A stretch of 64,000 nt of DNA from Leptospira sp. (GCA_034439575.1 JAWXAQ010000012.1:64001-128000); one strand, 5' to 3'; shown: positions 10,461-21,671, numbered from the stretch's first letter. Notes: generated by a model not told the origin, from the letters alone. Made by a program: numbers and translations.

Positions 10461-12124
10461 TGTTTTTCAAGGTAAACGGAGAGTAGGCGGTATCCTCCCG
10501 AAACATTTATCGCTGGTATATGATGATCTTTTAGAATTTGGTAGGCGAGATGCCCGCGTCTTCCCGTCTCACTGATAAGTGCAATTTGTGTGGCGCGAGA
10601 AAAATTCAATTTTTGTAATAACTCAGGCATATTTGTACGAATTGATTCTAGTGGTAACCAAAAATCAGAACCCATATTGAATCGTTCATTCCCACCCACA
10701 TCTAGGAGAAAATATTTTTCCCTATTTTGGATTAATTCTTTTGGATCTAACATGTCTGTAAGATGGTCTATCTTTTGTAATGCGACTATAGCTGCAATAT
10801 TCAAAACATCTCTCGAAGTTCCAAAGGCAGGTGAATACGCAAAATCCATATTAGCTAATTCACTCAATGTCATTTTCTTAGCAATGGCAATGGACCCCGC
10901 ATCCAATCTTGATTTTATATTTTTTCCAATCATATCAATACCGAGTAATCTATGATTTTTTTTATGATAGATTAATTCTAAGGTAATTTTTTCGCTCCCA
11001 GGAAAATAACTTTCTTTGTCATTACCGTGCACAAGGACTTTATCAACTTTATTTTTGTTATAGGTTTCCATTGATTGTTTCCAAGTAAGGCCTGTTCGAC
11101 CCACTTCCTTGTCGCAAGCAAGCCTAAGTATCATACTTGCTGTAAAATTCTCTAATTTAACTTTTTTTCCAGCGGCATTAGCGCCTGCTACTTGAGCCGT
11201 TTTATCAGAGACTGCCGCTTGTGGAATCCATAAGTCACCATAAATACTTGGCACCGATACACAAATACTACAGGCATAGATATTTTTAATATTTGTTTGG
11301 CAGTGACGATTGATTTTGATGGTTCCATCTTTATGAAGTTTGACGCCAGAGTTTTTAAGAATTTCAGTCCTAGGTTTGACACCAATCGCAGAAATAATAT
11401 AGTCAATGCTTACTTGTATTCCATCAATGATAACATCCGTTACTAAATCATTTGTTGCTCGAAACTTAATTAAATTTACCCCCGTAAAAATTTTTATTTT
11501 TTGATTTAATCCAGATTCAGCAAGTTTAGATATATTTTCGCTAAATTGTGGAAGGATACTCGTTTCCTTTTCGACTAAAATAACGGATGCACCACCTCTT
11601 ACACAACCGTCGACTGCTTCAAGGCCCATAGAGCCTCCACCAAGAACTAATATGCGTTTGTTGCCAGATTTAATTTGATTCTGAATATGTGCCAAATCAT
11701 CAAGAGTTCGAAAGTACCTATAGTTTTTATATTCTTTATGTAAACCATCGGGATGTATGGATGAAGCACCCGTGGCAAAAATCAATTTATCATAAACTAG
11801 TTCATTTAATCCATCAGGTGAAGTAAGATATAGTGTATTTGTTTTTGGTTCGATCCGATTCACTTCTGTTTTGGTATAAACTTCGATATTATAAATGTTT
11901 TTAAAATAATCTTCTCTTTCTCTATTTAAGTTTTCTAAATCTGGAACTTCTCCACTCAAATGAAATGATAAACCTGCCATCGCATAACTTACGCGTGTAT
12001 TTCTTTCAATGAGGACAATTCTTGCTGTGCTGTCGATTTCTCTTGCTCTCGATGCAGCCACAGGACCTGCAAGGGCTGCACCAATGATCACAATTGTTTT
12101 TGGAAGTTTATAGGTGTCTGGCAT
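10457..12124 (-). CDS. FAD-dependent pyridine nucleotide-disulfide oxidoreductase with C-terminal rhodanese-like domain (CoADR-RHD homologue, catalytic Cys absent)
   Basis: IVIIGAALAG, YDKLIFATGA, VLGGGSMGLE, dimerisation-domain motif DFAYSPAFG, C-terminal GRRGHLAYQIL...NVSGG. Confidence 0.85.
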   Translation of the reverse strand: MPDTYKLPKTIVIIGAALAGPVAASRAREIDSTARIVLIERNTRVSYAMAGLSFHLSGEVPDLENLNREREDYFKNIYNIEVYTKTEVNRIEPKTNTLYLTSPDGLNELVYDKLIFATGASSIHPDGLHKEYKNYRYFRTLDDLAHIQNQIKSGNKRILVLGGGSMGLEAVDGCVRGGASVILVEKETSILPQFSENISKLAESGLNQKIKIFTGVNLIKFRATNDLVTDVIIDGIQVSIDYIISAIGVKPRTEILKNSGVKLHKDGTIKINRHCQTNIKNIYACSICVSVPSIYGDLWIPQAAVSDKTAQVAGANAAGKKVKLENFTASMILRLACDKEVGRTGLTWKQSMETYNKNKVDKVLVHGNDKESYFPGSEKITLELIYHKKNHRLLGIDMIGKNIKSRLDAGSIAIAKKMTLSELANMDFAYSPAFGTSRDVLNIAAIVALQKIDHLTDMLDPKELIQNREKYFLLDVGGNERFNMGSDFWLPLESIRTNMPELLQKLNFSRATQIALISETGRRGHLAYQILKDHHIPAINVSGGYRLLSVYLEKQ

Positions 12125-12171
12125 ACGAAATAGAATACTTATTTTAAAAAATAGGCAACTATTTCTGAAAA

Positions 12172-13233
12172 TTAAATAAGTTTTACTTCTTCCAATTGCT
12201 TAATATGCTCAACTAGCGTTTCAGAAATGGGACGATAAGAAATTCCAAGGTCTTTTATGCTGTAACTATGATCTAGTCCAAAAGAAATCCCTATATTTTT
12301 GTTGATATATTGCCAACTTAAACCAAAAAAAGGTCCAAGCAAATAGGCAAGGGATTTCGGTAAAGTCAAACGCGGAATCAAAAGTTTATTTGGAAAATGA
12401 GTTTTTAGAATTGTAGCCATTTCCAAAATACTCATTACATGCGCAGAAACGATATGACGACCACTCGCTTTATCATTCAGTGCCGCGGCGATGTGAGCGA
12501 GGGCCACATCTCTCACATCTACGACTCCCATATATAATGTAGGAACACCTGTAACAAATTTTCCATTTACCATAGAACGCATAAAATTAACACTTGTTCC
12601 ATCTACTCTTTCCGAAAGCGAAGGTCCTAATACAAAGGATGGATTGATCGTAGTCAGTTTCCATTTGTTTTGTGAATCATGGATTTTCCAAGCTTCCTTT
12701 TCCGCTAAAACCTTTGAATAAGGATAAGGTTGGTGACTGAGACTACTTGTTTCATTCCAATACGTTTCATCTAATATTTTGTTCGGTGCCTTTTCGGCAT
12801 CGATACTGTCTCCCATAACGGATGCCACACTCGAAGTTAACACAACTCGTTTTACAGAATTTGATTTATTAACCGAGTTTAAAACATTTTTTGTCCCAAA
12901 TAATGCAGGTTTTACGAGTTCATTCTCTGGATCTTTGATCCCTTCGATAAAAAAAGGAGAAGCCATATGTATAACAATTTCAACGCCACCTTCAGCATTA
13001 ATCGCATCATGAAATGAATTTTCTTTTAATAAATCAGCTTCAAAAAATTCCAATTTTTTGGGATGTTCGTTTGCCAAACTGAGTAGGTGTTTTATTTTCG
13101 AATTGTCATTTTTTGATCTAACAGTAGTCCGAACGGAATATCCGTCTTCTAATAGGTATTTGATGACCCAAGACGCAATGTAACCAGCACCTCCGGTAAC
13201 GAGTAATGGTTTTTTGGTTTTTAATTCAGGCAT
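12172..13233 (-). CDS. NAD-dependent epimerase/dehydratase family protein (dihydroflavonol/aldehyde reductase-like extended SDR)
   Basis: [28 protein letters not shown] (YxxxK), VDVRDVA. Confidence 0.92.
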   Translation of the reverse strand: MPELKTKKPLLVTGGAGYIASWVIKYLLEDGYSVRTTVRSKNDNSKIKHLLSLANEHPKKLEFFEADLLKENSFHDAINAEGGVEIVIHMASPFFIEGIKDPENELVKPALFGTKNVLNSVNKSNSVKRVVLTSSVASVMGDSIDAEKAPNKILDETYWNETSSLSHQPYPYSKVLAEKEAWKIHDSQNKWKLTTINPSFVLGPSLSERVDGTSVNFMRSMVNGKFVTGVPTLYMGVVDVRDVALAHIAAALNDKASGRHIVSAHVMSILEMATILKTHFPNKLLIPRLTLPKSLAYLLGPFFGLSWQYINKNIGISFGLDHSYSIKDLGISYRPISETLVEHIKQLEEVKLI

Positions 13234-13321
13234 ATAACATTTTCCTTTTGGTTGATTTATAATTTTTATTAAAAGATCAAACTTGAAAACATTAATAAAT
13301 CATTATCATTTCATTAAATCT

Positions 13322-15445
13322 TTAAAATTTCAATAATCCAGTCCAATCCTCTGCCGGAGGACGTAGTATAAATTCATTAATACGCATTTTATATACTTTG
13401 GCGACACTGTCAGTCGGGCAAATCGCCAAACATTCGTCAAATAAGTCTAATGCCCGAGAGAAATTGCGAGATCTATATTCTTGTTGCCCTGCAAAAAATT
13501 GGGGATAGGTTTTATTTTTCAGTTCTATAATTGATTCTGATTCTGCATTTAACACTTCATAAATGACAACAGGTAAACTTTTACCTTTTACTATGACTGA
13601 ATCGATTTCACGAAATTGCAAACTATTTGATTCATTTACCCCGCGACAAACACTATCACTTACAATGAGTGAAATGCCATAATATTTTGTCAGACCTTCG
13701 AGTCTTGACGCTAGATTGACATTGTCACCAATGACTGTCGTATCCAAACGGTTTGCTTCACCAACTGTCCCTAACATAACACTCCCATGGTGAATTCCGA
13801 ATCCTGCATTCAGTGTAAAATCTTTAATGATTTGGTCACGCATGCAATCCACTTCTTTTTTCATCTCTAGTGCCGCATTTACTGCGTCATTTGGTCCTCC
13901 TGGAAAGAGCGCCATGATCGCATCGCCAATATATTTATCAATAAATCCATTGTGATTAGAAATAATTGGACCTAATCTTTCCATATATTCATTTAGAATA
14001 TTAAAGACTTCTTTTGCAGATTTTGACTCTGATAGTTCCGTAAAATTTCTAATATCAGAAAATAGTATACTTAAGTTCTGTTCAACCGAATCACCACGGT
14101 AGACTTCAAGTATGGTTTTTCTTTTTAATATTTCCAAAAATTGGTTCGGAACAAAACGTGAAATGGATTCATTAATTTTTTTTTCTTCTTCCAAGGCTCT
14201 TTCTTTAGATAAAAGCAATTCCTTTCTCGCACTTTCTTTATCTTTTGTTAGGCTGTTTATGCGGTCACCAATACCAAGGCTTAAAAATACACCTTCTAAA
14301 AAGCTACCATACATGGGGCTATAAGCAATAAAGCTGGAATAGTCTGTGAGTCCCAGATTCATCGCAATATACAAAAGTATGCTCACTATTAAAAAAGACC
14401 AAGCAATTAGAAAATTTCTGGCTCCTGAATATCCTTGTTTAAATCGAGTTACGGCTGCTATGCTAATTAAAAATATGGAAATTGTGGGGACAACATTTGC
14501 AATGAACACTTGTTGCATGAGAGATAAAAAATGAAGTGATACTAAAGACAAAAAGGCAACAAGGATAGAAATTTTAAATGCTTTCTCCATCTTGGAATTT
14601 TCTTTTTTGGGAAAAAGGAAGGCTAATGCAAAAAAATTCACCGCTATAGTGGATATAAGGGAAGTGATAGGACCTAACATAATGATGGTAATGTTTTGTG
14701 AATAGTCTATGAAAGGCATCCATTGATTCATTGAATTAAATAGAAAAAACACAAAACTTAAAATATAAAGGCAATAGTAAATGAAAAGTTTTTCACGTAG
14801 TGAAATAAATAAAACTAAGTTATAACAAAATAATAGTATCATCGCGCCGTAATAAGCGCCAGAAATAATATCTGTGAGTTTGCTGAATGGAATGTATGCT
14901 TCTTCTGAGAAAAAGCGTAAAGGAACAAGAGTTGGACCTGCGGTTTGAATCTGCAGATAAAATCTTTTGACTTCTTTATTCTTTAAGATAAAGGGAAACA
15001 GAGGATGTTTATTTGGATATGCCATTTCATATTTGGGCACGCGTCTACCGGCCGCTAAACTTTTGTATTCTTTTTCTCCAAAAGGTACATAATAAAATTT
15101 TACATACGGAAGAGAAGGGGAATCAATAGATAGTATCCATTTTTCAATATCCGTATTTGTGCCTAGATCCAGTCGAATCCAAAGGGTAGTTTCTAATATT
15201 CCAAACGAGGTATTGTGTTTTGATCTGATCCATTTATCATCAGTAAGCTTTGTTACGGATGATATAGACAATTGGTTTGTATCATCAAAAAGATAAACAG
15301 ATGAAGAATTTCCATATAACCAACGTTCGTTTGGAATTAATTTTAGTATCCCGCTTCCATCATTCCCTTCATTTACTTTGCAAGAGTGTGAAATAACAAT
15401 TGCAAAAAGTATAAAAAGAAAGTGAAAGAAACGAGAATGAATCAT
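13322..15445 (-). CDS. 7TM-DISM sensor class III adenylate/guanylate cyclase
   Basis: Extracellular 7TM-DISM2-like region (LWIRLDL), seven TMs, coiled coil, and catalytic motifs FSDIRNFT, DKYIGDAIM, VIGDNVNLASRLE. The Lys in DKY favours ATP as substrate. Confidence 0.9.
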   Translation of the reverse strand: MIHSRFFHFLFILFAIVISHSCKVNEGNDGSGILKLIPNERWLYGNSSSVYLFDDTNQLSISSVTKLTDDKWIRSKHNTSFGILETTLWIRLDLGTNTDIEKWILSIDSPSLPYVKFYYVPFGEKEYKSLAAGRRVPKYEMAYPNKHPLFPFILKNKEVKRFYLQIQTAGPTLVPLRFFSEEAYIPFSKLTDIISGAYYGAMILLFCYNLVLFISLREKLFIYYCLYILSFVFFLFNSMNQWMPFIDYSQNITIIMLGPITSLISTIAVNFFALAFLFPKKENSKMEKAFKISILVAFLSLVSLHFLSLMQQVFIANVVPTISIFLISIAAVTRFKQGYSGARNFLIAWSFLIVSILLYIAMNLGLTDYSSFIAYSPMYGSFLEGVFLSLGIGDRINSLTKDKESARKELLLSKERALEEEKKINESISRFVPNQFLEILKRKTILEVYRGDSVEQNLSILFSDIRNFTELSESKSAKEVFNILNEYMERLGPIISNHNGFIDKYIGDAIMALFPGGPNDAVNAALEMKKEVDCMRDQIIKDFTLNAGFGIHHGSVMLGTVGEANRLDTTVIGDNVNLASRLEGLTKYYGISLIVSDSVCRGVNESNSLQFREIDSVIVKGKSLPVVIYEVLNAESESIIELKNKTYPQFFAGQQEYRSRNFSRALDLFDECLAICPTDSVAKVYKMRINEFILRPPAEDWTGLLKF

Positions 15446-17694
15446 TATTGGAATGTGGAAATAAGTCCACTTTCAAATGATAATTGTAAATCATCAAATT
15501 TCCAATCGACTTTTCCTTCATTGAGATTCAACTCCAAAGACTTCGCTTTAGAAAATTTACCAATTTGATAAGTTTGCAGGCCTTTTGAGGCAAAGGCTGT
15601 CTTTGTTTTTTCCACAGAATTTACGTTTGTTGAAATTATAAAACTTGCACCTGTTTCACCAAATAGGAGTTTGTCTATTCTTGGGACATTATTTTGTAAA
15701 CTTGATAAATCTATGCTGATTCCCATATCGCCTTGAATGCTCATTTTTGCGAGGGCTACAAGTAGGCCACCTAGCGAAAGATCCTTAGCAGAAAGAACTA
15801 GACCTTCTTTGTGTAAGGCGAGAAGTGTATCAATCGTGTTTTTTTCATTTTGTAAATTGCAGTCGGGGATTTTCCCCGTGTCTTTTTTATGAAAAACGGA
15901 TAGGTATTCTGTGGCAGTGAGTGTAGGCATAAATGCACCCACAAGTAAAATGGCCACATCACCATGCATTTTTTTTGGATAGGTGTGCAATCCATCTTTG
16001 ACATCATCTATGACTCCCACCATACCAATGGTAGGTGTTGGATACACTGGGCCTTCAGGTGATTCGTTATAAAATGAAACATTTCCTCCGGTAATTGGTA
16101 GGCCCAAATACCTACATGCGTCTCCTAATCCTTTCACACATTCGCTGAATACATAATAATTTTCAGGGATGTATGGATTTCCAAAATTGAGGTTGTTTGT
16201 GACTCCATAAGGGCTTGCTCCCGTAGCCGCTACGTTACGCGCTGATTCGCAAACAGCATAAGCAGCTCCATTGTATGGATCTAAAAAAGTATAACGAGAG
16301 TTACAATCCGTTGCAACAGCTATCCCTTTTTTTGTTCCAGGAATTCTGACAAGTCCACCGTCTTCACCTGGTTGTACGACTTTTACAAGCCCCACTTCCG
16401 TATCATATTGTTCATAAATAGGTTTTCTAGAAGTTATATTCCATGAAGATAAAAATTGAACGAGAGTCTCTTTGATTTTATCAAAGCTTAATTGTGGAAT
16501 GGAATTTTCTTCAAAAGTTAAAACTTCATCCAGATATTTCGGTCTCTTTACTTCCCTCACATACCGCGGAGCACCACCACCTAAGACCAGGCAGTCGGCT
16601 GGTATTTCTGCTTTTAGTTTTCCACCTTTGCGGATTCTGATGATACCGTCTGCGGTAACAGTTCCAATTTCTTTTGAATGTAGTCCCCATTTTTCAAATA
16701 TAGATATCAATTCGTTTTCTTTTCCTTTTTCGGGAATCACTAACATTCGTTCTTGGGATTCGGAAAGCATGATTTCATAGGCGTTCATTTCAGATTCACG
16801 AAGAGGGACTTTGTCTAGATCTACATCCATACCAGTTTTTCCCTTGGCACTCATCTCTGAAGTAGCGCAGGAGATTCCCGCTGCTCCCATATCCTGGATC
16901 CCAACTAAGACCTTTTTTTGGATGGCTTCGAGAGATGCCTCCATAAGAAGTTTTTCCATAAATGGATCACCGACTTGGACGGCAGATTTTTTTTCTTCCG
17001 ATTCCTTTGACAAATCTTTGGATGCGAAACTGGCACCGTGGATTCCATCTCGTCCAGTTGTGGCACCGACGATATAAACTTTATTCCCCACCATTCCTTT
17101 GGTAGAGGCAGAAGCCATTTCGTCATGTTTGGCGATACCAACTGTCATCGCATTTACAAGCGGGTTTTTTGTAAAAGTCGGATGGATAAACAATTCCCCA
17201 CCACCAACCGCGATCCCAAGGGAATTTCCATAATCGCCAATACCTTTCACTGCACGTGAAAGTAGATATTTATTTCTAGGGTCAGTCGGTTCACCAAACC
17301 TGAGTGAGTTGAGTGAAGTAATCGGCCTTGCACCCATTGTGAAAATATCTCGCATGATTCCACCGACTCCAGTCGCAGCACCTTGGTAAGGTTCTACAGC
17401 AGTCGGGTGGTTATGGCTTTCAATTTTGAATACGACTGCTAAATTATCACCAATGTCCATGGCTCCAGCATTTTCTTCGCCTGCGGCCGCGAGCAATTTA
17501 TCAGATTTTGTAGGAAGTGTTTTTAACTGGAGTATGGAATTTTTATAAGAGCAATGTTCTGACCACATAGCAGAAAAAATTCCGAGTTCAGTAGAATTGG
17601 GAATACGGCCAAGAATGTTTTGAATTTGAGAAAACTCATCTTCGGTTAATCCATGTTCTTTGGCATCTGCGAGTGTTACTTGGTCTTTTTCCAT
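15445..17694 (-). CDS. purL: Phosphoribosylformylglycinamidine synthase subunit PurL
   Basis: MWSEHCSYK, KIESHNHPTAVEPYQGAATGVGG, QDMGAAG, SESQERML, NFGNP, GGNVSFYNE. Confidence 0.98.
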   Translation of the reverse strand: MEKDQVTLADAKEHGLTEDEFSQIQNILGRIPNSTELGIFSAMWSEHCSYKNSILQLKTLPTKSDKLLAAAGEENAGAMDIGDNLAVVFKIESHNHPTAVEPYQGAATGVGGIMRDIFTMGARPITSLNSLRFGEPTDPRNKYLLSRAVKGIGDYGNSLGIAVGGGELFIHPTFTKNPLVNAMTVGIAKHDEMASASTKGMVGNKVYIVGATTGRDGIHGASFASKDLSKESEEKKSAVQVGDPFMEKLLMEASLEAIQKKVLVGIQDMGAAGISCATSEMSAKGKTGMDVDLDKVPLRESEMNAYEIMLSESQERMLVIPEKGKENELISIFEKWGLHSKEIGTVTADGIIRIRKGGKLKAEIPADCLVLGGGAPRYVREVKRPKYLDEVLTFEENSIPQLSFDKIKETLVQFLSSWNITSRKPIYEQYDTEVGLVKVVQPGEDGGLVRIPGTKKGIAVATDCNSRYTFLDPYNGAAYAVCESARNVAATGASPYGVTNNLNFGNPYIPENYYVFSECVKGLGDACRYLGLPITGGNVSFYNESPEGPVYPTPTIGMVGVIDDVKDGLHTYPKKMHGDVAILLVGAFMPTLTATEYLSVFHKKDTGKIPDCNLQNEKNTIDTLLALHKEGLVLSAKDLSLGGLLVALAKMSIQGDMGISIDLSSLQNNVPRIDKLLFGETGASFIISTNVNSVEKTKTAFASKGLQTYQIGKFSKAKSLELNLNEGKVDWKFDDLQLSFESGLISTFQ

Positions 17695-18186
17695 TTATAA
17701 AAAATCCTTATTTAAATTATGATAATTTCTGTTGAAATAGAGGAGGGGTTTTCCTTCACTGATTACCGCATCTTCTACAAGACCGATGACAATCCAGTGG
17801 TCTCCCGCATCGATCATTTGTGATAATGTACAATCCATGTTCACAAGGCATCCTGGAATTCTTGGAGCACCCGTAATTCCCGTTTCCGTGTTTAATTGAT
17901 TTAAAACTTCCTCTTTGTCCAGAGAACCAGAGGCAAAATCAGCGGAAATTTGTTTTTGTTCTGAGGAAAGGATATTCACAGAAAATGCATTTGAGGACTC
18001 GATTTCTTCTTTAGCCTGACTTCCTTTCGCCAAACAAAAAAGTACGAGAGGTGGATCAAGGGAAACTGAAGAAAAACTAGACACTGTGATGCCACCCGCT
18101 TTTGTTTTTGATCTATAACCGATCACTGTGATGCCACTTGCCCATAAGGAAAGAGAAGTTTTAAATAGTTGGCTGGCTACTGACAT
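17695..18186 (-). CDS. Flavin reductase-like FMN-binding protein
   Basis: ASGITVI, TVSSFSSVSLDPPLVLFC, AGDHWIVIG, PLLYFNRNY. GGAGG SD lies before the ATG at 18186. Confidence 0.93.
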   Translation of the reverse strand: MSVASQLFKTSLSLWASGITVIGYRSKTKAGGITVSSFSSVSLDPPLVLFCLAKGSQAKEEIESSNAFSVNILSSEQKQISADFASGSLDKEEVLNQLNTETGITGAPRIPGCLVNMDCTLSQMIDAGDHWIVIGLVEDAVISEGKPLLYFNRNYHNLNKDFL

Positions 18187-18297
18187 GAGGCCTCCAAAGA
18201 TGATAAATATCAATGTCTAGAATCAGACTAATTATGAAAATCAAATTGACCAACATTAAAAATATTAGTCATATCATGAATGAAGGTAGATTTTTCA

Positions 18298-18666
18298 ATG
18301 AAAACACTCACGAAACACAGAGAACTCATATTCCAAGACTTGTCAGGTAGAAAAGACCACCCGACAGCAAAGATGGTATTTGAGTCCGTAAAAGGTAAAG
18401 CAGAGAGCATTAGTTTTGCCACAGTTTATAACTCTCTGGAATTTCTTGTGGATAGAGGCATGGTAAATAAACTCAATATTGAGTCAGATTCAGTCAGATA
18501 TGATGCCTTTTTGGAAAAACACTCTCATTTGATTTGTAAGTCTTGCGGTAAAGTCATGGATGTTCCTTCTTTATCTTTGAATGAGGCTGCTGTCAATTTC
18601 GAAGAACTTGGATTCAAAGTGGATCATATTGATATCACTGTGACCGGGCGCTGTTCTTCTTGCTAA
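18298..18666 (+). CDS. Fur-family transcriptional regulator (PerR-like)
   Basis: HPTA, ATVYNSL, RYDA, HSHLICKSCGKVMD, C-terminal CSSC. Start at 18298 or 18280. Confidence 0.92.
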   Translation: MKTLTKHRELIFQDLSGRKDHPTAKMVFESVKGKAESISFATVYNSLEFLVDRGMVNKLNIESDSVRYDAFLEKHSHLICKSCGKVMDVPSLSLNEAAVNFEELGFKVDHIDITVTGRCSSC

Positions 18667-18710
18667 TTTTTTTCTAGGACGCACGCGACCAATCAAACAA
18701 GCTTGCCCAA

Positions 18711-20465
18711 ATGGGCATCATTCACACCCTTCCCCCTGAACTTGTAAATCAAATTGCGGCAGGGGAGGTCATTGAATCCACTCACTCGATTCTGAAAGAA
18801 CTGATTGAAAATTCCCTAGACGCAAACGCGACTCAGATTGAAGTGCTGACCGAGAATGCGGGATTAAGTAAAATCATTATTTCAGACAATGGAGTCGGCA
18901 TGGTGAGAGAGGATCTCCCACTTTGCATCAAAAGATATGCCACTTCAAAAATAGAAAAATTCCAAGACCTAGAACACATATTTACCTTCGGGTTTCGAGG
19001 TGAGGCTTTGGCATCCATAGCATCTGTATCCAAACTTTCTATTTCCAGTGGTGTGGAAGGGGAGCGCGTCGCCTATTTGGTGCAAGTCGAAGATGGTAAA
19101 ATCATTTCCGAAAAAGAAGTCCCTCATTTCGTGGGAACAAAAATTGAAATCCAAGATTTATTTTATAATACTCCTGTACGCCGAAAATTTTTAAAAACGG
19201 AAATTGGTGAAGAGAAAAAAAATCGTATCCGAATGTCTGTGATGTCATTGTCAGAACCAAGTGTTGGATTTCGTTATGTCCAAAATGGTAAAGAAGTCCT
19301 AAATGTACAACCAGAAGATCCAAAAGAAAGAGTCTTATCTTTGTTTGGTGAAAATTTACGCGATCATTTACTCGAAGTGAATATCGAACGAAACGGTATC
19401 AAACTGGAAGGATGGATTTCACATCCAGATTTTTATAAATCACAAAGGACTGGACAATATTTTTTCGTCAATAAAAGAGCAGTGGAACTTAAATTTAGTT
19501 CTCAAATTTTAAAACGATGTTATGGCGAATTATTACCAAGTGGTGCTCATCCCTATGCGTTTTTATTTTTCACACTTCCATCTAACTTTGTTGATGTGAA
19601 TGTTCACCCCCAAAAAAAGGAAGTTCGCTTCCTTTCAGAGGAATTGATTTCTGGATTATTGTTCCAAGGCATACAAAATATCTTACGGTCTTCCACACCT
19701 GTAGAATTTTTGGAAATGCGTAGGCGTCTTTCTATGCCGATTCCTTACCAATCGCAAACTACCGAAGACTCAGAAAATTTGAACTTAGGCTTAAACCATA
19801 CTATACCTTTTCGAGAATCCTTTTCTTTGGATGGCGTAAGTCCTGGAATTCGTCTGGATCTGTTAAGTGATGCACCTAAAAAACACCATTCCTTTGTTCC
19901 TAAAAAACACTATGGCATTATCTTTGAGACCTTCATTCTCGCGGAAGCGGAAGATGGACTCTATATCATCGACCAACACACTGCTCATGAACGCATTCGC
20001 TATGAAGAAGTGCTTAGAGATCTGAAAGAAAAAGCCTACAAAAGCCAGCCACTCCTCAGTCCGATTCGGATCGAAATGACTAAGGAAGAAGCAGAGGAAA
20101 CGATCGCGAAAGCACCGTTGCTCGCAGAAATAGGAATTGTCATTGAGGCATTTTCTGGAGGTACAATTCTCGTTCGCGAAGTTCCGAGTTACATTGACCC
20201 TGGCAGAGAAAAGGAAACGATACTCGACTTTTTAGACAGAAAGAAATCTGGAGGGACTGATACAAGAGAGATGTTTGATGAAATGGCCAAATGTGTGGCT
20301 TGCCGCAGTGCCGTCAAAAAAGGAGACATGGTCTCAGATGCCATCATTGCCGAATTATTGCAAAGACTCTCTTATTGTGAAAACCCGTCCCTTTGTCCAC
20401 ATGGACGCCCAACTTTGATTAAACTTTCTAGAAATGATTTAGAAAAAATGTTCCACCGAATCTGA
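18711..20465 (+). CDS. mutL: DNA mismatch repair endonuclease MutL
   Basis: [29 protein letters not shown], endonuclease motifs [15 protein letters not shown] and CPHGRP. Confidence 0.97.
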   Translation: MGIIHTLPPELVNQIAAGEVIESTHSILKELIENSLDANATQIEVLTENAGLSKIIISDNGVGMVREDLPLCIKRYATSKIEKFQDLEHIFTFGFRGEALASIASVSKLSISSGVEGERVAYLVQVEDGKIISEKEVPHFVGTKIEIQDLFYNTPVRRKFLKTEIGEEKKNRIRMSVMSLSEPSVGFRYVQNGKEVLNVQPEDPKERVLSLFGENLRDHLLEVNIERNGIKLEGWISHPDFYKSQRTGQYFFVNKRAVELKFSSQILKRCYGELLPSGAHPYAFLFFTLPSNFVDVNVHPQKKEVRFLSEELISGLLFQGIQNILRSSTPVEFLEMRRRLSMPIPYQSQTTEDSENLNLGLNHTIPFRESFSLDGVSPGIRLDLLSDAPKKHHSFVPKKHYGIIFETFILAEAEDGLYIIDQHTAHERIRYEEVLRDLKEKAYKSQPLLSPIRIEMTKEEAEETIAKAPLLAEIGIVIEAFSGGTILVREVPSYIDPGREKETILDFLDRKKSGGTDTREMFDEMAKCVACRSAVKKGDMVSDAIIAELLQRLSYCENPSLCPHGRPTLIKLSRNDLEKMFHRI

Positions 20466-20511
20466 ACCGAAAAACATTGAATTTTTGTAAGGGAAAAGGA
20501 ACCTTGCCCTG

Positions 20512-21117
20512 ATGCCACGTCCACTTGAAGGCAAAAATATGACGATGCGGGATAAGGAAAAAATCCTTCTCCAAAAAATCAAGTCTGGTGACCAAACCGC
20601 ATATATGACTCTCGTTTCTCCCTTCCGGGAACGATTGTTTCGAAAGGCTGTGTCTATGGTGAAAGATGCCGATGATGCCGAAGACATAGTACAGGACGCA
20701 CTTATTTCAGGCTACAAATCCATACAAAACTTTCGAGCTGAAGCCGGTGTTTACACTTGGCTATACCGTATTGTCGTAAATAAAGCAAAAGACCTTCTCT
20801 CTAAGAAAAAGAGAGGTAGGGAAAAGCCTATGGATGATACGGGTGACAACCAATTTGTAGACGAAAGGGAAGGGTATGAAAAAAAACTCGAACTTTCTGA
20901 AGAGTCCCTCTATCTAATGGATAAGATTGCTTTGTTAGAGGAATCCTACAAACAAGTTTTAGAACTTCGGTATTTCGAAAATCTATCGTATAACGAAATT
21001 GCGGAGATCATGGAATGCAATGTAGGAACCGTAAAGAGTCGACTTTTTAAAGCAAAGGAGTTTTTGAAACACCTCATCCTCAAAGACGAAAAGGGCGAAG
21101 GTTTTTTCGAAAAATAG
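20512..21117 (+). CDS. ECF RNA polymerase sigma factor (RpoE-like)
   Basis: DAEDIVQD, YTWLYRIVVN (region 2), LSYNEIAEIMECNVGTVKSRLFKA (region 4). Start may be 20539 or 20545. Confidence 0.95.
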   Translation: MPRPLEGKNMTMRDKEKILLQKIKSGDQTAYMTLVSPFRERLFRKAVSMVKDADDAEDIVQDALISGYKSIQNFRAEAGVYTWLYRIVVNKAKDLLSKKKRGREKPMDDTGDNQFVDEREGYEKKLELSEESLYLMDKIALLEESYKQVLELRYFENLSYNEIAEIMECNVGTVKSRLFKAKEFLKHLILKDEKGEGFFEK

Positions 21118-21122
21118 AAATC

Positions 21123-21671
21123 ATGAATATCATCACTTGGCTACAAGCACGTTACCCAGAATTGTTTTCCGAATCAAAGGAAAACGTAAAGTTAGAAAAT
21201 TCGATTTGTTGTATGTTTAGCGAAAAACGAAAGCAAGAAGAAACCATAATGCCTCGTCTTTCCGAAGATTTTGACAAACGCCTCTTCAACTTATTACAAA
21301 ATGAAAAAATAAATCCTAGTCCTGAAAGGGAATCAATCCTTAGAAATCTTTTCGAAAATAGAAACATACAATATTCATTCTCTGCTGTTATGATTCTCAG
21401 CTTAACTTTTGTTATGGTGAGTCGTTATTCAAAAAATGAATCCACTTTACCTGAGTCAGCGGGCGTTGTGCTTGAAAATTCATCTTATTTGAATGAACCT
21501 ACGAGCATTGACCTTAGTGAAAGTTACCAAAGAAAAATTTTAGTGGATCATATACGCAAAGAACCTGCTTCCATCCAAGGCCTAAAGGAACTCGAGACGT
21601 ATTATCACAAAACAGGTAGAGAAAGTGCCGCTGATGAAGTGCATTTTCTGATCAATGCCGCAGAAAACTAA
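21123..21671 (+). CDS. Single-TM hypothetical protein, probable anti-sigma factor
   Basis: Starts 5 bp after the ECF sigma gene. Central TM FSAVMILSLTFVMV. Function inferred from position only. Confidence 0.55.
   Translation: MNIITWLQARYPELFSESKENVKLENSICCMFSEKRKQEETIMPRLSEDFDKRLFNLLQNEKINPSPERESILRNLFENRNIQYSFSAVMILSLTFVMVSRYSKNESTLPESAGVVLENSSYLNEPTSIDLSESYQRKILVDHIRKEPASIQGLKELETYYHKTGRESAADEVHFLINAAEN

Noticed and set aside
11975-11977. Selenocysteine or frameshift explanation for the missing CoADR cysteine
   Set aside because: The codon is GCA (Ala) in an uninterrupted frame.
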